A stretch of DNA of 29,940 nt from assembly GCA_945876515.1 (NCBI GenBank), contig CAMCPF010000001.1, positions 1-29,940 of the forward strand, given 5' to 3'. Below, one piece after another: positions 26,743-29,940 of this stretch. The DNA is from Candidatus Kuenenia stuttgartensis. Its GTDB lineage: Bacteria > Planctomycetota > Planctomycetia > Pirellulales > UBA1268. Below the pieces are notes generated by a model that was given only the letters and a program-made list of their open reading frames with translations, ran no database searches and was not told the origin of the DNA. Numbering within the stretch: position 1 is the stretch's first letter; each line of letters opens with the position of its first letter. The position numbers were made by a program, and so were the translations under genes.

Positions 26743-28350
26743 ATGCAGGCGTCGGAAATCGCGCTCGCCGTGCTCGCGGCCCTGGCCACGGTGGGGGTGA
26801 TCGCACTTGTGCGCACCCGCTGGCTCCAGACCCACACGCTCCAGAAGTGCGTGGGGCTGTCGGTGGGTCTGCACGCCGTGCTGGCGATGGTGGCGGCGTT
26901 TCTCGGCGGCTGGTCGCCCGCGTCGTGGGGCACGAAAGACGAGGGGCGGCTGACGATGATGGTCGTGCTCGCCGACGAGGAGTCGGGCGACGAGCAGCCG
27001 GCCGACGCCGCGCCGGCAGGCGACGACCCCACCGAGGGTGCCGCCGCCGCCACGGAGGAGTTCGCGAACCCAGCGGCGCCACCGCTCGTCTCCCTCGCCG
27101 ACGCTTCGGCTCCGCCGGCCCCCGCAGACCTCGTGCCGCTGCTCGAGGCTCCCGCCGACGAGGCCCCCGCCGACGCCGCGGCCGACGACCCGCAGGCCGA
27201 GCCGGGAGGCGAGTCGAGCGCGACGGTCGCCGCGAGTGGCGGCAGTCCGCAGCCCCGCGTGCCCGACGCCTACGCCGACCGCACGGGCGACCGACGGGCT
27301 GCGGCGGCGGCCGCCCGCGGGGGTTCCGAGCAAACCGAGCAGGCCGTGCACGCTGCGCTCGACTGGCTGGCCCGCACGCAATCGAGCGATGGCCGCTGGA
27401 ACGCCGCGCGGCACGGCGCGGGCCAGGGCGTCGCCGGCTCCGGGCAGCACCGGCCCGAGGTGGGCGGCCGCAGCGACCATGGCGTGACGGGGCTCGCGCT
27501 CCTGGCCTTCCTGGGCGCGGGCAACACGCATCGTGACGGCCCCTATGCGGCGAATGTCGCCCGCGGCATCGGGTTCCTCGCGGATCGGCAGCGGCCCGAT
27601 GGCTCGCTCGCCGGCGACGCGGAGTTCTTCGCAGCGCTCTACTGCCACGGCATGGCGACGATCGCGTTGGCAGAGTGCACGGCGATGAGCGGCGACGAGG
27701 CGCTGCGGCCGACAGTGGACCGCGCGATGCGACACACGCTCGCGATGCAACACCCGGTCACAGGCGGCTGGCGCTATGCCGCGGGCGACCGGGGCGACAC
27801 GAGCCAACTCGGCTGGCAGGTGATGGCGCTCGCGTCGGCCAAGGCCGCCGGGCTCGGCGGCGGCGAGGGGGCGGAAGCCAGGGCCCGCGTGTTTCTCGCG
27901 AGTGTCTCCGCCGGCGGCGCGGGGGGCCTCGCGTCGTACCGGCCCGGCGAGCGACCGAACGTGACGATGACGGCCGAGGCGCTCTTCTGCCGCCTGCTCC
28001 TGGGCATGCCGGCCGACCATCCGTCCGCGGCCGAGGCGCTCGGTCTCTTGTCGCGGTCTCCGCCGACGGCCGCGGACTACAACATCTACACGTGGTATTA
28101 CGCCACGCTCGCCTCATTCCATGCCGGCGGACCGCAGTGGGAGGCCTGGAACCGCCACCTGCAGGCGGCGCTGCTGCCGCTCCAGCATCGTTCCGGCGGC
28201 GCGCTCGACGGGAGCTGGGATCCCGACCGCGTCTGGGGCGGTCATGGCGGCCGCGTCTACGCGACGGCCCTGGCGGCGCTCACGCTGGAGGTCTACTACC
28301 GCTACCGGCCGCTGCACGGGCAGTCGCCCCGCATGGCCGCCGCGCCGTGA
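26743..28350 (+). CDS. Membrane-anchored prenyltransferase/squalene-cyclase-repeat (alpha/alpha-toroid) protein with TonB/TolA-like SxxLH anchor
   Basis: 535 aa with two N-terminal hydrophobic segments, the second being CVGLSVGLHAVLAMVAAFL, and an acidic Pro/Ala linker. QW-like repeats: LDWLARTQSSDGRW, FLADRQRPDGS, LAMQHPVTGGWRY, LLPLQ..DGSWDP. Ends RVYATALAALTLEVYYRY. No DxDD cyclase motif seen. Confidence 0.85.
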   Translation: MQASEIALAVLAALATVGVIALVRTRWLQTHTLQKCVGLSVGLHAVLAMVAAFLGGWSPASWGTKDEGRLTMMVVLADEESGDEQPADAAPAGDDPTEGAAAATEEFANPAAPPLVSLADASAPPAPADLVPLLEAPADEAPADAAADDPQAEPGGESSATVAASGGSPQPRVPDAYADRTGDRRAAAAAARGGSEQTEQAVHAALDWLARTQSSDGRWNAARHGAGQGVAGSGQHRPEVGGRSDHGVTGLALLAFLGAGNTHRDGPYAANVARGIGFLADRQRPDGSLAGDAEFFAALYCHGMATIALAECTAMSGDEALRPTVDRAMRHTLAMQHPVTGGWRYAAGDRGDTSQLGWQVMALASAKAAGLGGGEGAEARARVFLASVSAGGAGGLASYRPGERPNVTMTAEALFCRLLLGMPADHPSAAEALGLLSRSPPTAADYNIYTWYYATLASFHAGGPQWEAWNRHLQAALLPLQHRSGGALDGSWDPDRVWGGHGGRVYATALAALTLEVYYRYRPLHGQSPRMAAAP

Positions 28351-28456
28351 CCGGGTCTTGGGAGTGGATTCCCGGATGGCGGCTGCCCGCAGCCCGACCA
28401 GGCCGATTCATACAGCACGACCCGCGTGACCGGCCCCGGTGAGGGCCCGCCGCAGT

Positions 28457-28485
28457 TTGAATGCGTGCGCCGGCGGGGATACACT
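28457..28485 (+). promoter_or_regulatory. Putative sigma70 promoter for the tat genes
   Basis: TTGAAT (28457-28462), 17-bp spacer, TACACT (28480-28485), 76 nt upstream of the tatA ATG. Confidence 0.6.
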
Positions 28486-28561
28486 TTGGTGATCGAGCGT
28501 CCGCGGCTGTTCGCGGCCGGTCGCCCCAGCCGGAGGATCCGCCGTGTCCCCTTGTTTCGCA

Positions 28562-28747
28562 ATGTTTGGCATCGGCACGACGGAACTGCTGGTCCTCGGC
28601 GGAATCATCCTGCTGCTGTTCGGCTCCCGGCTGCCGAAGGTCATGCGGTCGCTGGGCGAGGGCATCGTGGAGTTCAAGCGGGGCGTGCAGGGCATCGAAG
28701 ACACGGGCACCGGGCCCCGCGAGCCGAACGGCAGCGACGCCCGCTGA
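28562..28747 (+). CDS. tatA: Twin-arginine translocase TatA/TatE subunit
   Basis: MFGIGTTELLVLGGIILLLFGSRLPKVMRSLGEGIVEFKRG: transmembrane helix, FG hinge and amphipathic helix ending in FK. 61 aa from ATG 28562. Confidence 0.9.
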   Translation: MFGIGTTELLVLGGIILLLFGSRLPKVMRSLGEGIVEFKRGVQGIEDTGTGPREPNGSDAR

Positions 28748-28788
28748 CGACCGGCCGCCTTCTCGCCACGTCCTCCCCGGGCCAGATC

Positions 28789-29064
28789 ATGTTCGGACTC
28801 GGTCCTCTCGAACTCCTCGTGATCGCCGCGATTGCGGTGATGATCTACGGCAAGCGGCTGCCCGAAGTCGGCCAAACGGTTGGCAAGACGGTGGGCCAGT
28901 TGCGGCGGCAGTGGCAGTCGATGTCTCGCGAGTTCGAGATGGCCGCCAACCTCGACGCCCAGCCCGCTCCCCGGCGGCCGGCCTCGACCCGGCGGCTCGA
29001 CGACGAGGGTGGGCCGACGGTCGCCTCCCCCAAACTCGTGCCGCCCCCGGGCGACGAGGCCTGA
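28789..29064 (+). CDS. TatA/TatB family subunit (TatB-like)
   Basis: MFGLGPLELLVIAAIAVMIYGKRLPEVGQTVGKTVGQLRRQWQSMSREFE has a longer amphipathic region and lacks the TatA FK motif. ATG 28789 is in frame with ORF 28426-29064. Confidence 0.8.
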   Translation: MFGLGPLELLVIAAIAVMIYGKRLPEVGQTVGKTVGQLRRQWQSMSREFEMAANLDAQPAPRRPASTRRLDDEGGPTVASPKLVPPPGDEA

Positions 29065-29124
29065 GCGAGGGGGCTCGGCCCGGTGAGCCGGCGCACGGGC
29101 GTCTGCGGCCGGCGGCTGAGGGTC

Positions 29125-29153
29125 GTGACGGCCGGTTGAAGCCGTGCTACGAT
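29125..29153 (+). promoter_or_regulatory. Putative sigma70 promoter (extended -10) for tRNA-Val
   Basis: GTGACG (29125-29130), 17-bp spacer, TACGAT (29148-29153) preceded by TGn, 49 nt upstream of the tRNA. Confidence 0.55.
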
Positions 29154-29202
29154 TTGTGTTGTCGGTGGTCGATCTCCAGAGGCGATCGGTTGCCGTCGTG
29201 CC

Positions 29203-29276
29203 GGGCAGCTAGCTCAGTTGGTTAGAGCGCTACGTTCACACCGTAGAGGTCACAGGTTCGAATCCTGTGCTGCCCA
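29203..29276 (+). tRNA. tRNA-Val(CAC)
   Basis: Full cloverleaf: acceptor GGGCAGC/GCTGCCC, D stem GCTC/GAGC, anticodon stem CTACG/CGTAG with loop TTCACAC (anticodon CAC), T stem ACAGG/CCTGT with TTCGAAT. Discriminator A. CCA is not encoded. Confidence 0.97.
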
Positions 29277-29411
29277 CTCCCCGTGCTGCGGTCGACAGCG
29301 GCCTGCTGCCGGCCCGCAGCATCCAGCGACCGGAGTGACATCTCTCGTCACGTTCGCGGCCGACACCACCCGTGAAGTGGTAATCACCGCACGATTCACC
29401 GAGCGACTCGA

Positions 29412-29648
29412 GTGCTTTCTTTGGCGGCTCCTGAACACCTCGGCGAAACGTGCGGCGGTTGCCGCTTCTGGCGGCGGGACCGCGACGGAGATCGCGGGCC
29501 CGACTGGGGCCAGTGTCGCCGAATGCCGCCGACGCTGCCGCCGATCGAGCAGGAGAAACTGCTGCATGTGGGCGTCTGGCCCCACACGGCCGAGGACGAC
29601 TGGTGCGGGGAATGGCAGGCCAACGCGGAGCCGGAAGCCGCTCCATGA
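29412..29648 (+). CDS. Small 4-Cys hypothetical protein (CxxC-x17-C-x29-C), putative metal/Fe-S binding
   Basis: TCGGCRFW...WGQCRRMPP...WPHTAEDDWCGEW is an ordered Cys/Trp pattern that is unlikely in a spurious GC-rich frame. The start is uncertain (GTG 29412 or TTG 29421). Confidence 0.65.
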   Translation: MLSLAAPEHLGETCGGCRFWRRDRDGDRGPDWGQCRRMPPTLPPIEQEKLLHVGVWPHTAEDDWCGEWQANAEPEAAP

Positions 29649-29760
29649 ACGTGCCGCCAGGCGAGCAGCGGCCTCCAGCGGCAAATTCTGAGTTCTTCGT
29701 AAGCCTGGCCTGGAGCTGAAAAAATGGGCCAAATACGTGGCTCAGGCCGCCCCCCCTCGG

Positions 29761-29789
29761 TTGTGGGCGGACGGCCAAACTGCTACAAC
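29761..29789 (+). promoter_or_regulatory. Putative sigma70 promoter (extended -10) for the gene starting at 29920
   Basis: TTGTGG (29761-29766), 17-bp spacer, TACAAC (29784-29789) preceded by TGn. Confidence 0.5.
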
Positions 29790-29830
29790 CCCCGTTGTTC
29801 GACAGACTCTCGTCCGCACTTCCGGCCCTA

Positions 29831-29897
29831 TCGGGGAACTGAGCCTGTGCTTAGGCGATGGTCGCTCCAGTCGATTGGTTGACGATCCAGTTCCCGA
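29831..29897 (+). promoter_or_regulatory. Candidate structured 5' leader RNA (three-way junction)
   Basis: P1 29831-29841/29888-29897, P2 29843-29846/29853-29856, P3 29857-29864/29880-29887 plus 29867-29870/29875-29878. Folded by hand. Confidence 0.45.
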
Positions 29898-29919
29898 GTT
29901 TAGTGAGAGGTTGAGGGGT

Positions 29920-29940
29920 ATGTCCCGGAAGGTTTACGTG
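29920..29940 (+). CDS. 5' end of a gene truncated by the window edge (MSRKVYV...)
   Basis: GAGG at 29913-29916 followed by ATG 29920. Only 7 codons are visible. KVYV fits an RRM RNP-2 start or a MiaB-like N-terminus, and the product cannot be decided. Confidence 0.55.

Noticed and set aside
26743-28350. Annotation as a true squalene-hopene cyclase or hopanoid gene
   Set aside because: There is only one alpha/alpha domain, no DxDD motif, an N-terminal membrane anchor and no hopanoid genes nearby.
29072-29089. Hairpin GGCTC/GAGCC after the tatB-like gene as terminator (also the hairpins after the tRNA)
   Set aside because: Short stems with no U-tract cannot be distinguished from chance in ~70% GC DNA.
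29645-29719. 24-codon ORF overlapping the stop of the Cys protein (ATGA)
   Set aside because: Too short, with no motif or RBS to support it.
29853-29870. Fluoride riboswitch (GGCGATGG start)
   Set aside because: The following GTTCGCC and downstream GCTxATGAC elements are absent.
29203-29940. tRNA-Val as integration site of a prophage or island
   Set aside because: No integrase and no duplicated tRNA 3' end. Only an 8-nt match (CCTGTGCT at 29844-29851) was found, which is not significant.

Overview
High-GC bacterial DNA, most likely Planctomycetota. This assignment is inferred from gene content: a PVC-type CxxCH heme protein, a PEP-CTERM protein and a PVC-type prenyltransferase-repeat protein. 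Gene order: (+) 1123-aa secreted SGNH-like/beta-propeller dehydrogenase-like/HEAT/cytochrome c protein; (-) EboF-like alkaline-phosphatase-superfamily protein; (+) a giant ~6,600-aa (19.8 kb) Sec-exported beta-helical protein with ~25-30 autotransporter-associated repeats, two PA14 domains, a three-copy ~900-1000-aa mega-repeat and a C-terminal PEP-CTERM signal instead of a beta-barrel; (+) exbB-like, exbD-like and a third gene with a TonB/TolA-type SxxLH anchor, an acidic linker and a squalene-cyclase-like alpha/alpha domain; (+) tatA and a tatA/tatB-like gene; tRNA-Val(CAC); a small 4-Cys protein; and a promoter, structured leader and first 7 codons of a truncated gene. A ~35-bp REP/MITE-like repeat occurs four times in three intergenic regions. 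No CRISPR array, integrase, transposase or rRNA was seen. The best candidates for something new are the non-canonical Ton/Tol-type motor operon, the giant PEP-CTERM protein next to it, and the three-way-junction RNA leader at the window end.
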